From assembly GCF_009914755.1 (NCBI RefSeq), contig NC_060947.1: a DNA stretch of 64,000 nt. One strand, written 5' to 3'. Numbering within the stretch: the stretch's first letter is position 1; each line of letters begins with the position of its first letter. Positions 19,078 through 58,590 of the stretch are shown here, piece after piece. Origin of the DNA: the human T2T-CHM13v2.0 reference genome, Homo sapiens. Under the pieces are notes generated by a model. The model had not been told where the DNA came from, did no database searches, and was given only the letters and a program-made list of their open reading frames with translations. A program made the translations under genes and the position numbers.

Positions 19078-20495
19078 ATTTTTTAAATCTGGGTGTGTAG
19101 GATCTCTCGTAGCTTTGATGGTAGTTCAGCTTCACCAGTCCTCTTCTGCTTAAATCATTTCTACAGGTCTGTTTTACTGGTCTTGTCGTCTGTTTTTTTC
19201 CCTTCAACACTCCCCCTAGCTATTTGAGGGGACTTCCTGTAAAACAAAAACTAAGTAAACTGTTAATAGTGGTTAACATGGGTGGGGGAGGGGAGGGGAT
19301 AATAGGAAACGTGTCTATTTCTGACATGATTGGGTTTTTTAAATAAGGTATACATTTTCTAATATCAGAAAAATTAGTAAATAAGATGGTAGGCTGCCTT
19401 TTGTCTTCAAGATACACTCCAAACTTCATTCGTAGCCAACCTTCCCCCAAAAAGGGCTCTTGCATTCCTCACATGGAATTTCTTCATTCCCAACAATGCC
19501 TCACTTTTCCTTTTTTTTCTTCCACAGTGTTTGCTGGCCTGACAAATACAGTGTCCCCACAGCCTCTTTCCTCTGCTTTCGCAGTCCTAGTGTTCCATGC
19601 AGGATCAGAAAGCACTGAGGGCATTCGGTGCACAAATGGATTTGACACAAGGACCCAGATGAATAAGGTCTTTGGAAGGGCTGGGGGAACAGGAGTCAGG
19701 GACAACTCTGGATCCACAGGGTTCACGAACAATCTGCTGAGGCTGTCATCCAAGAATTAGAAAGCTGCCACTGCCACAACCACTACTGTATCTCATCACC
19801 CACCAAGCTGAAAACCAGACACTGGAATGCTGGTCAGTCATTCCAACTGGCTGGCATTCTCTTCAAATTTTCCTATCCGCAGCCACTATAGTAGGAAGGT
19901 GCCCCTACCTCATGCTGCCCTCCAAACAGAATATGCACTCAGAAAGCTAGCTGCAAGGGAGTCAAGTAGTTTTCAGCTTTCTAGCCTCTATAGTGAAGGA
20001 CAGGCACAAAAGCAAGTGAGATGGAAATCAAGGGCCAACTGATAGTGCCCAGTGCAGATACTGCTGGGAAAAGTCAAGAACAGAGGAAAGGCTGGCTCTA
20101 CAGGCCTTGACTCTCAGGCCATGCAACAGAAGGGCTGCAGAAGTGACATAACAAATGCCTAGCTTCAGAAAAAACACTCCTAGAGAGTTGGCCATGACGT
20201 GGGACTGAAATAGGTCAAGGCCAAAGGCAGTGCAAAAGCCTCCATAAGCATCAAAGGAGACAGGAAAGAGAAGGTTCTAAGAGACAGGAAATATGTCCAA
20301 GAATTGGGCTTTCAGAATAGGACTCCAAATTATATTCTGAGTATAACTCCTCCAAAATCCTCCAGTCTGCTTTGGTTTCCAGAGACTATAAATTGCTCTA
20401 AAGTTATCTATAGGGAATACATCACCAGCACCATTTAAGAAGAATCAGGGACAACAATAATGCTTTAGGAATACATGGGACACAAGGTACTTCAA

Positions 20496-21353
20496 TTTTC
20501 TCCTTTCCTCAACAGTTTTATTGCCTTTTAAGAAAATTTTTGTAAAATATAAATACAAAGGCAGAGAATTTACTTACAAAGTTAAAACACAGATTTCAAA
20601 CATAAACACACGATTCAGAAAATTTTAGTTTTATGTACATTTCCAAGCAACCTCAACATATTATGTTAGTTTTCAATATTTTACAGGGTACAGAAAAAAA
20701 TAGCTCAAAGTCTTCTTTAAATAAGAGCATAAAATGTTTAAACATATAAACAATCCGGTTTGATGCGTGAAAACTAATTTCACAGCTTTTAAATTAGGAT
20801 ATAAAAGTTTCATACAATTAGTTGTTGTGTGTGGATATGGTTTGAATTTATATTACACACTACTGGATTACATCCAATAGCATTTACCTGGCCCGAGCAG
20901 GTACTCTGTAAACAAAACAAAGTTATATCACCAAGTGCCTTCCCCGAATTCGCTCCCTCAAACCAACCACACAGTTCTGACCACTCTACAGTCATGGCCT
21001 GTCATCAGAGCTTTGTATGAAATTAAGTCAAAGTGTGGAGCTCCTTTTACTCATTTTTTTTTCTCCTTAAAAAAGAAAAGAAACAAATGTTCCAAGTAAA
21101 AACAAACGTATCCCAAAGCATGTGTGCATTGAAAAGTAAAGAAACATTATAACAACTTCATAAAAACTGACTTAAAAGTTTAAAAGGAAAAAAACATGTT
21201 TCTAAGTCCTTCTGACTGGAGTAATTTCTCTTATATAAAGAAGAGATATTTTCATATGTAATAGTGTCCTTTCTTTACAGAAATAGTTGTATTATGACAC
21301 ATATGCACAAGGATTAACACTATAACACACTGTACATGGTGGGTCCAGCTTGC
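20496..21353 (-). other. BCOR: BCOR 3'UTR (to proximal poly(A) site; end approximate)
   Basis: AU-rich, repeat-free sequence after TGA, ending near AATAAA at 20517-20522. Confidence 0.8.
20517..20522 (-). terminator. proximal poly(A) signal AATAAA
   Basis: tttatt on + strand about 830 nt after the stop. Confidence 0.8.
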
Positions 21354-47201
<25,848 letters not shown>

Positions 47202-49404
47202 TCAAGCGTCTAGTCTGTTAAAAGGAAAGAAAAAAAATCCCAGGAGGTTCAGTAAAGGAGAGCCAAACAGGGCGCTAGAGAAGGCCTCTTTCTAGGTGAT
47301 TCATAAAGGATGCAGATGGGGAAGGCAGGCTGTGCCTGCTGTCTACAGTGGTCTGGGAGCCAAGGACAGACACCTGACTCGAAGGGACAGCGGAGGGGCA
47401 TGCAGCTTCCCTGGTAGGAGGTGCTGGGGCTGGGGAAGAAGTTTAATTCGAAACAGGTAGCCTCATCCAAGGCACAGAACACATTCAGGGCACACCACAG
47501 CACCCGCCCACTCCCTTTCCTCTGAAAGTGTACAGTGGTCATTCATTCTTGCCACTTGTTAAAGAAGGTAAAGAAGACTTGATTCAACAAGGGGAGGCTC
47601 TGACAATAGGTTCAGGGATGCTGCATCACTGGGAGGCACACAACTGATCTTTCCTGGGGCCAAAAGGGTGCAAGAAGGGTGGAAGGCACCACAGTGAGGT
47701 GAGCGGCAGGTCCAGCTCTCAAACTACCTGCGTTTCTAGGGCTGAATTTCCAAGGCTGTCGTGTGTGCAACTTACAGATCAAGTGTGAAAAAGAGTCGGT
47801 GGGCTGGTGAGCCGCCCCACCAGAGCCCTGGATTAGATTAAGCAGCTAACCCGGGTGGTTTTGCCTGGAAGCTGCAGAGAGAGGCGGCTGAGTAATTCAA
47901 TGACGCCTGCTCACTGGGGACGAGAAATCATTAGCGAGCACAGAAGTCTTAGCAGCCCTGGCTGATGGGCTCCAAGCCGCTGGCACATGGGGAGCCGGCA
48001 GAAGCCACCCATTTTCCACGTTCCGGGAGCGGGAGGTTGCCAAGGCAGAGGAGCTCAGACCACCACCCACCCCCCTTTACCTCCTCTGCCCACCGCCCCC
48101 ACCCACATCACATTCTAGTTTGCTGCATGAGTGAAGGGTCAGGACAAGCTGCATTTTATTAACAGGATTATCACGGCGCGTGATTTATCCTCGTGCAGGA
48201 TTTTAATTGCTCTTTGGAGGTTGAGCCGTTTCTTTTGACTGCGCTTCAGCCCATATCCTGCTGTTAAATGCTGGGTTAATAAGTAGGGGAGCCTTTAATG
48301 CCTGGGACCGATGGCCCTCGGCAATTCCCTGCTCACAAACACATCTCAGTGTCCCTTGTCCAGACCGGCCATGGCATTTTTCCACGGGACCCAAACCTGG
48401 GTGTGAAATAATTGGTGTGCAGATCATCAGGGGAACTTTTTTCTCCTCCCTCACACACCCACCCACACAGTTTCCGAAAGCCCAAATGTTCCCTAAGTCG
48501 ACACATTTCCTTTGTTAGCAGGAAAAAATATGCAAATGCTTGCTTTTACACTTTAGCACACGGAGCAGACTGCCAGGTCGGTTGGGTTGGAGGCACCAGG
48601 TCCGGGGACTCTTCTGTGAGAGTGACTGAGGGTGGGAGTTAAGGGGACACCTGGGGGATGGAATCCCAAAGCCGGTCTGTACTTTCTCATTTCTTTGTCC
48701 TAACTAGGTCTTTTGTCCACCAGCATCCCCCATGGGCCCCCATCCCCATAGAACAACGTCTGTTAACCAAAATCCACATGCAGCGACACACCACGTACAG
48801 TTAGAGCTCAACAATGAGGCTGGAAGAGAGGTAAAGGGCCCAAGAAAAAGGCAGAAATCTGCAGAGGCATCAGGCATGATGGGGTTCTGGAAAGCTATTT
48901 CCCTAGGAAGTGTCTCCAGACAGCGGCTCTTCCAGTTGACTAGCCACAGCGCCCCCAAAGGACCGACTCGGCTGTTGGGGAAGGTTCTATAAGGGTTCGT
49001 GGGCTTTTCTTCCATCTTGCAAATACACAAATCAAGTGGGGAAGGCCACCACTAGGGCTGGGCAGACCACAAGGCACATTCCCTTGTGCAGTGGCAGTGT
49101 CCCCTCTCCGGCCCCTGCTGCCCTTTCTAACAAAAGGAAGACATTCTGGGTAGGATAATAGAGAAGGTGGAACATCATTCCCCGGTGCCAGTGTGTCCCG
49201 GTCATCGGGCTGCAGCAGTGGGACTGCACCATGCCACCCCCTCACTGTGCCATGATGAAATACAGAAATTACATCATGAGCCAAAGGGTCACTCAACCAA
49301 ACCCCCAAGAAAAGGATGAGGGAAGAAGCGTGTGCCTAATGAACCTCAATCTTCTGGTGTCCCCATTCTTAAAAATTGGCCTCCCCTTTAAAAAAGCTGC
49401 CTCT

Positions 49405-49705
<301 letters not shown>

Positions 49706-50058
49706 CCTGCCTCTTACCCACCTCCCTTAAGTAGACACCTTGTGCAAAGGACCTCCCGGCACCTTCTTGGGAAACAGAATCATTATACTGAGGCCCAGCC
49801 CCGAAAAGGCCAGCAGCTGCTTCCCTTCAAAGAGCCTTTCTTCAGCAAAGTCCACCTGGACTTAGCAGAAAGGTGACTGCGGTTTACAGGCACCTGGGCC
49901 TACTGGGTGCTTTCAAAGCATCTCCCCTTCTCCAGGGCTCCTCCTTTGGGGCTTTCCATATTAATGGCGCACAGATAAATGATACCAGCCACCAGAACAA
50001 AGTGTTCTCAAATGCACAGGGTCAGATGGAGGGTTGAGGCTAGCAGAGCGGTTCACTG

Positions 50059-50060
<2 letters not shown>

Positions 50061-50104
<44 letters not shown>
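50061..50104. repeat. (GT)22 microsatellite
   Basis: Direct. Confidence 0.97.
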
Positions 50105-50107
<3 letters not shown>

Positions 50108-50186
50108 GGGAGGGAAGGGGTGGAGGATGGGGCTGAACATAAAAGCAAAAGGGGGGAACACATTGTTGGATCCTGCTGTGGACTTA

Positions 50187-50243
50187 CGCACACACGTGCA
50201 CGCACGCACACGCGCACACACACACGCGCACACACACACACAC
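50187..50243. repeat. (CA/CG)n alternating purine-pyrimidine repeat
   Basis: Direct. Confidence 0.9.
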
Positions 50244-52499
50244 TTATAATCTTTAGCTGCCCCATGAACTTTTTGTGAACTGTTTAAAAGTGGAGGTCTG
50301 TTGAACAAACAGCGGCGCCACTGCCAGCCATAATTTCATTGCAACAAGCTAAAGACTTTTAACTCTTCGGGTTCCTGGCCAAAGATGGAGAGGAGTGGAA
50401 AGGGCCAATGAGCAATGGCCCTGGCTCACAGGAGGCCCTCCTCCTGGGTGACAAAGAGCAGTCCAAACCTACAAAAGCAGGGACCTCCTTTGCAAAGGCC
50501 ATACGGCTCACACCAAGCCTCTACTGAAGAACAGGGGTCACCATTACCTACAGCCCACCCTGGTTTCTCTGTCATGTACAACGAAGGGGACACTGGGGTA
50601 AGAAACAAAAAGAGACTGGGAGGCAAAGTATAGGGACATCAAACTTCTAGAAGCTGCTGTTGAAATAGCTGGGGACTTTTTTACCTCTAAGGCCAAGTGC
50701 TTCGAAACTGATGTTGCTGACCCTTGGCAGCGGAACACTGTGGAGAGGGCAAATGACCTGATTTCAATGACAAACAGAGCCTCAGGGTGCTTTGCAGCTA
50801 TAGATGAAGCTCGTTTGCTTTTATTTTTCAATGCCCACCTCCACCCCCCACTTCTTCCAAATGCAGGCTATGCTTCCAGAAGTGCCAAGATGTGTGAAGT
50901 CACTCATGAAAAGCACTTTACAAGCACCAACCTGTTCCACTGTGAGCTGCGAAGCTGCACCTTGGATCTGGGGTTTAACCCCTTTTTCTAGTAGTGGAGA
51001 GAAGTGGGTAAAGGTGCTGGATAGGGATGGAGAGGAAAGACAGCTGAGAAGAGGTCAGATGGGGAGGGTGTGGGTCTCTAAAGAACAGACTGGGAACTGT
51101 TCCAGCTGCCTGCAGGAACACCCAGGGCCAAGTGGAGAGACCTGGCTTGTGAGAAGCAGGCGTGCACACTGCATACTGCATGGTCTCCAGCTCTTAGCAC
51201 CAAGGAAGTGGAACACATAGGAGAGCTTGGGTCACCCTGGACAGACTCTGAGTAGTCATTCGCTCTTCAGCCAAGGGTTATGATGAGAGCACCTGAGCTT
51301 GGCCCGGACACGGGGGAGAAGGCCTGATTGGCAGAAGGGGGGCGTCGAGGGACCAAGATCATAAGCCATCACTCCAACCTTGGCATCCCTGAGTAGGGAC
51401 ACACCCACCCTCTGTGAAAAGATGTGAGGGCAGACCACAGGTCCCAAGCCTTGGCCCCTTTCCTTCCCCACCCCCAACCCTGGCCCCCTCTTGCACTAGG
51501 GCCACTTTCCACTGCCCCCACCCTTGAGGCGCCGATCAGTTAAAAGTCTGCACATTACACTTGTCAAGTGGCACTGACAATTTGGAAAGCATGGCCACCA
51601 AACTAACTCTGCTCACGCCTCCCTGCTGTCCACACAGGCATTGAGGGTGGCCCATCTCGGGGTCTTTTCTTGGGATCTCTCTCACTAGGTTCCCCTTGCC
51701 CCCACCGGCAGCTATCCAGCAGTTAACAGCCAGAAGAACTGGAGAGGTTCGCAAGGGCTTCCAGCTCAGGTGGCCAGGCAGGCATTCCCAGCCAGTGTGC
51801 TGGGGTCCTCTGGCAGAGGACTCTTCAGGGGAGGGGTCTCGCTACTGCATGGCTGGTTCTCTGTGGAGAACATGGTCACCACAGCCTCCCGGCTCCCACC
51901 CTCACTCACCGCGTGTCTCTGGGCAGGTGGCTGAACCTCTCCAACCTTGGTCCCCTCTGTAAATATTTGGCACTGTGTTTTCCAAAGGATTAAGCTGCAC
52001 TATGGACTTGAGTTTTGCCTGGCAATAGCTGGCGCTGGCCACGTTTAACCCCGCTAAATAGTACCCGACTCCAATAAACACACTGTGTAATAAGCCCCAG
52101 AATCACAACACAGTTTCTTTGGGGCACTACCACCTCATCCTGCGGGGGAGGCTGAGGCAGCAACAGAGAGGGGATCAGAGCAGGGAGGGAACTTCAGCAG
52201 AACTGTGTAGATTTTACAGAAGCCCAAAGCTCACCACCCGCCAGCCCTTCCTGGGGTTGCTCCAAACAGAGACTGCGTCACAGCAGCAGCGCTGTGCTCC
52301 GGGTGTCAAGGAAGGGAGGGGTGAAGAAGTTCCTATTTTAGGATGTGAGGGGTGGGGGTGGGGTGTGTGGGAGTGGGAGATGAGAAGAAAAAGCTCTTCC
52401 GGATGTGCAGTGTGGGATGGGTCCTCCGGGTCTGCTGGAGAGTAAGATACCCCAAGGCTGCCCCCCAGGTCCCTGGGAGGCAAAACCGCAGGCTTCCAG

Positions 52500-53450
52500 G
52501 GGTGTGGTCGAGGGAGGTGGCTGGCCCGGTCCCACCCCTCCCGACCCCCTCCCCCGAGAGAGTTGGGGGTGAGGGAAGTGATCCAGCCGGCCCAGGTGCT
52601 GCCTCTTGGCACACTCCAAGCCACAGCCTTAGCCGTAGCCAGCACGGGCGTCCCCGCCCACACCTCCAAGTTTTGCATTAGTAAGGGGGAGGGGGAAGGG
52701 GAAACTCGCCGGCCCAGACCATTCCAGCACCCAGAACCTTCCCGGCCTCCTCCCGGGGCGTCGGGGTCTGAGCGGAGAGCCACCTGGGCTGGGAGTGAAC
52801 TTGGCCCCGGCGAAGAAGAAAGGGGGAGGGGCGCCCCCTCCCCGGGCTGAGGCGCTTCAGCCCGGAGCGCGATCGGTCGGCAACAAAGGGATTTTCTCTC
52901 CCACCACACACACCCGTGCTGCTCGGGGCTCGCCCGCTCCTCCTCCCCGCTCCTCGGCGGAGGTCCCAGCGCGCGGGGCCGCACCACGGCACACACTCAC
53001 GCCCTCGCGGCGCGCCCCCGCCAGGCCTTCCAGGAACTCCAGCAGCCTCCCCGGAGGCGGCCCGACCTTCCCAGTTCCCGACCCTAGGTAACCCCTCGGA
53101 CCCTGCGGCCTGGCACGCTCTCCATGGTGCCCCTTCCCGAGGCCCCGCCGCACCTTCTCTCCCCATCAACGAATCTGACGAAAAGAAACTTTGGGTGGGC
53201 GCAGGGAGAATCCGAGACCTCCCGGGAAACGCCGCCGAGCCCACCCGGGGAATGGGCACGGCAGACCCCTCCTCGCCATCGTTCTGGGTTCCCTTCCGAT
53301 CATACTAGAGCGCTGCTCCTCTGGACGCTTCCCCTTACAAAGATGTGAGCCAAGCGTCGCCTACTGTAACGTGGGAGGGGTGCGAATCTCGGGCGTTGGG
53401 GTCCGGGGTGGAATCTGCAGGGGTTGACCCTGAGGGTCGCTGCCGAACCT
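52500..53450. promoter_or_regulatory. intronic CpG island
   Basis: High GC with dense CpG. Confidence 0.75.
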
Positions 53451-56400
53451 GGATTGTCCGCTACACTCCCCTCCTCCAGGCAGAGCCCATGGCCCGGGGT
53501 CAGGTGCCCCCAACCTCTCTCTCACAGGCCAACGGGGGACACTTGCCCGTCTCCCCGGATAATCTGTCCAGGCCACCCCACCGGCTTTTTGTTCTTTTCA
53601 CTTTCCTTCATGGTTTTGCCACACGGGGAGTCAGGAAACCACGTGTGTATTCAAGAGAGGGCAAATTTAGAAACAGGTGTCCCTTCACAGGAGGCCACCC
53701 GGCAACAGAAACCCAAGTCAAAAGCCAGGAATCCCTCCTTACTATCTTCCCTCCACGCAAAAAGAAACCACTTGCCCCCTTTGATCTAGTCCCTGCAGAA
53801 CTGGGTCCCCACTTGGGAATCTACACAACCTGGGGGCAAATCCAGAATAAATGTTCCACACCATGCCTCCAAAGGCTGTGTCAATGCACTTTTGTTTCCA
53901 CCAGGGCTTTGTAGGAGTAAAACACAAACGCCGTCGCCGCCACCCCCCCCCACCACCACCACCACCGAAGGGAACAAGCTATACCGTAAGGCTAATAACA
54001 ACAGCTATCATTAGTATACACAGGAAGCACAAAGGAACTTTTAATGCATAAAAGATGTGTAAAATGCAGGGGTCCTGCAATCTGCAAGCGAGTCTCTCAC
54101 TGATTGTGCAGAGCCTGGGAGTCCCAGAAAGGCTGGGATGAGGGTCAGAGAAGGAGAGGGGCACCCACCTTCTTTACAAGGAACAATAGGAATCCCATGT
54201 CTGCTACTCAGTCATGGAACTCAGAGCACCCAAAACAAAGCCATGGAACAACTATGGTATAGATGGGGGCCCACGAATTTTTGTAGCTGTTCAGGGCTTA
54301 ATTACTCCTCCTTGATCCATGGGACTAGACACGACACCGCCAAGGTTAAAATGCCCCGAACAGCGCTGAGCAGATGTGAGCGAGCTGGCAGACGCGCAAA
54401 TGAGGCCTGCCTCGGAGCACGATAACAAGTGACTAATACATTGCATATCGTTGAAAGAAAATTATTTTTCTCTAATTTGCATTTGCTTGGGGGAAAAAAA
54501 GCCAACGCGAGTCCCTCCTCACATGCACAAGTCTAATCCTGGAAATACAGCCCGGCTGCTTTAAGAGAGCTGGAAGGAGGGAAAGACTGCCAGTGTTTTG
54601 GCGTTGCAGGCTTGTTTATCTTTCCGCCTTTCCTCCAAGGCGAAACTCGTTTTGCAAGCAACATTCCTACAGAAAATGGCACACGTCATAAAAAGAGACC
54701 AATTTATAGAACTGGCACCGAAGTTCATGTCTCACTCCAGAAGCATCTCCCAGCTCCCCATCGGAAACCCAACTAGATGTAGAAGTCCATGTTAAAACTT
54801 AGAGAGTAGACTTAGGGAGGGGAGGTGCTGAGGGTGGGGGGGACAGGAGAGAATGAAGTAGATTTGCAGATATCCTGTAGGCTGTACACCCAGAGACCAA
54901 AGTCAGCCCTAAATGATCTTCGAAAACCCAAGGAGGACCAGGCAGGTGCCAGGGCTTGGAAGGCTTCAACCTTGGGACTCATGGGGGAGAGGAGTGAATT
55001 TTTACACCCAGCTTGCCCCAGGACGGTCCAGAGGCAGGTCCACATTCTTGGCCATCCTAAGTCCACCTGCTTGGGCCAGCCATGAACCTCCAGGACTGGC
55101 CTAGTGGGTAACTGCCACCACCAACTGCTCTCCCTCCCACCCTGGCGCCTCTCTGCAGGGCCTGGCGGGGTACCAGGAACTCAAAGAAAGCCTGTTGCTG
55201 TGGGCATCTAGTTGATGAAGTCAGAGTAGGTGGTGCTGTGGGCAGGCTTCAGGACGGCACCTTTGCGTGCTGCAGTTGAAGGCAAATGTGCTCTTGAAAA
55301 CGGGAAGGCTTGGAAGAAAAGGTTAAGGGATGTGGGTAATCAAAAGCCAATCTGTCCTCCCTTCCCCCCAAAATACACCCCCCTTAGGGTACTGAACCTG
55401 CACACTTGCATTTCCAAGCTGGAAACAGTGTCGAGTGCACAGAACACAGCACCCGCCTGTCTCTAACTTGTCTGAATAACAGGGCCATTTCAGAGGGGAA
55501 CAACGGCCTTCAGAGCCTCTGCAATTTCCAGAAAGCTTTCAGTTAATAACACATTCTTTCCAACAAGCTTACTTAGGGCTGAAAGTTATTTTCACAAATC
55601 TTAAAAACTCTGCCATAAACAGCTGAGGACCCAGTTCAACGGATCCTGGCCAAACCCCACCAACACGGTGACACTCACGGCCCCGTGGGCCTTCTCCCGC
55701 CACCTCTGCCTCACCACAAGTTCCCTAAACCACAACATACAAACCATCCTGCACCCCACCCCAATCCTGGGAAGTCATAAAGATGTGTGTTGGGGATGGA
55801 GGGCGGGTGTGCCGTGGAGCTTTCTCTCATCTGGGGATGCGCTGGCCAGAAACTGGCCGCCACCTCTGCAGCTCGTCCATGGGCCTGCATAGTGCGCGCT
55901 TTGTGTAAGTGCTGAGGAGGCGCAGCGCTGCTCGCGCGCCAACAGCTGTCACATTATTTGCACTCGCTGTAAACAGCCTTCACATTCCCCCCTTACCACA
56001 TAGTTAAAGCCAGACTAACAATCCACAGTTAGAGATCAAACCAACAACAGCAGCATTGTGTCTGCCTTTGCTGCCTTCACACCAAGCCCAGCAGCTGGCA
56101 GGTTTCTCCGGAACAAGGGACCCCTTCTCCCCCTACCCCTCCGGGATCCAGCCAAGGCTAGCCAAGGAAGCATGCGTTTGTCAGCGCTGTTTGTTAAAGC
56201 AAAAGAGCACCGCCATTTCGCAGAGATTTCCGTGTGGCTCATCAGCCCTCTCCGAGAGTTTACTCCTTCTGGAAGCTCGAGGAAGCATCACGAGAATAAA
56301 GGTTGTGGAGACTCGCAGGGTTGGTTTCCATGCTCAGCAAAGTGGGGTCTGGCCGGGCTGGGGCCGGGGCCGGGACAGGGAGGTCTGCCCCTCTCCATGC

Positions 56401-58399
56401 CATGTCACAGAGGCCAGACAGGTCTGTGCTTTCTGCAGCCCTCAGCGGAATGCCTCCTGTCTTTCGGAAATTGCCCAACTCACTAAATACTTACTGGCCG
56501 CCCCACTGATCAAAATGTCTCCTTTATGATTTTTGGTTAAGTTGAACATTTCCATAATCGTCATTATTAGTGCAAATTACACGCCTAATCGGTCCTTAAA
56601 TAGATTTTAATTAAATAAGCATACAAGGCTCATTTTATGACTTAAGAAAGGCATTACTTTTCGTTATAAACTTTCCACCAGGATATAGAATAACGATAGC
56701 AGACAAATACTTATTCTTTGAAAATCACCAATAACCGATGGGCAGAGTATCATGAAACATACCCTGTTTTACCCTCTGGAATCAAAGCTGAGACCAGACA
56801 TATCACAGCTGTACAACTTTCCTCCTGGGATGGGAGAGAGGATTTCTTCCTCCAAAGCACTATGTCTGTCTTCCTTGTGGCCAGTAGAAATAAACCCCCG
56901 GTGCTGCTTTCCCTACCCATCTGATGAGATTTCTCTAGTTGATGTCCTCTAGCAACCACTCCTCCCCCACCTCCATCCATTTTCCACCCTTTCGCCTGCT
57001 TAGAGTCCTGGTGCAAAGCAGGCACGCTGTGCTTGTTAAATGCTGTGTAAAATGCTGTTAATAAAATAATAAATACAAAGGATGGAGGCTGCTGCTTCCA
57101 TGGGTGTTTTGACTGGAAATGCCTTGGCACTTGTCATGTGTTTATGGGAGGGCAGACAACGCTAGGATTTACATAGTTTGGACATTTCTGTACTTCATTT
57201 ATTCTTTCCTAAATGACGTAGGCCTCGAGCTATTTCAAGTTTGCATTTGTACAGAACTGTTAAATGCCTAGGAGTTTCTCCAATTAAACCAAGTTTAAAA
57301 TCAGACCCAAAGCTGGAACATACACTCAGACTTGCCCAACTCCACCTTCAGCCTCGGTGGCTGGACAAAACAAACAGATCCTCGAAAACAATCAGTCCTC
57401 GAGCTCCCCACCTTCACCCCCCACTCCAGGAGGGCCCCTAGGGCAAAGGTTAAGGCGTCTCTAGATTCCAAGCCCCAGCCCAGGCTACACACTGAGGCAA
57501 TCACTGCAGTAAGGCGCATCTTGTCCATACACTACCTTTAAAATCGTGCGCTAAAATCGGGGGGAAACTGCTGGCCTGGTAAAACCCACTGTTCACAAAA
57601 CAATGTCAGCAAAGGCTGTAAGGCATTCTTTAGAGAGGGACCAGGGATTCGTGCCTACTGAAGCTCTTTCAGCACAAAGGCTTTTAGGGGAAGAAGGGAA
57701 AAAGAGGGAGGAGGAGGGGGAGAGGAGGAGAGAAAGGGAGGGAGGGCTCCTGTTTCAGAGCAGGCATCCCCTGAGAGTCAAGAACCAAGTGTAGCTTCAA
57801 TCAAACACTGACTTCCCCTCTGGGAGTCGAGTAGGAAACCTGATCACAGTAGCTTACTACCAGCCTGGATCCATACAGGTCTGGTTTTCTTCTCATGCTA
57901 GTAATTTTTTTAAATACATATCGATATAAAAGAAGCAATCCCTGGCAGACTTTATTGAAAACCACATTGAGCCCTCATAACATCCGGACTTAATCCCTAT
58001 CAAACAAACCACAGCACCTCTGGCCTCTGCACCAGGCCACCCCCTCTCACCTCTTCCAACCAGGTCTTGCCCCTCTAGGCACCGTGGTTCCCCCCTGAAA
58101 TAATGCCAGGAAGCCTTGCCGAAGGGTACCTAGATGACGGTTCTGAAATGAGTTCCTAACCATATAATGATCCCACTTGGGGGTGGAGGGGAGAAGCAAG
58201 TCTTTTCATATGGAATCCTTTAAAAGGCAGAATGCAAACTACGGTGACAAAGGGAAAGGGGAACCCAGGAAGGTGGACCTAGAATACCCTCGTAGGGGAG
58301 ATTTAATCTGCATCCTTGGGTCCCAGGACACAGGCCTAGCAAGTCTCAGGGGGTCTCAGGGGCAGCAGGGAATGGAGGAGCAACCTATAGGAACATGAC

Positions 58400-58590
58400 A
58401 AGTCATTCAAAGCAATTATTCATCCTTGGGGCCTACTATGTGCCAAGCATTCTATTTAGATCCTAAAGGTGGATAATTATTCCCAGTCTTACAAATGAAA
58501 AAACTTACTGGGGCTCAAAGGCCATAAATAACTTGCCCCCAAGGTCACACAGCTAGTAAAAAATGGGCCACGGTCAAACTCAGTCCTGGA
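58400..58590 (-). mobile_element. MIR/L2-like remnant
   Basis: cctactatgtgccaagca...ttacaaatgaaaaaact...aacttgcccccaaggtcacacagctagtaa. Confidence 0.65.
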
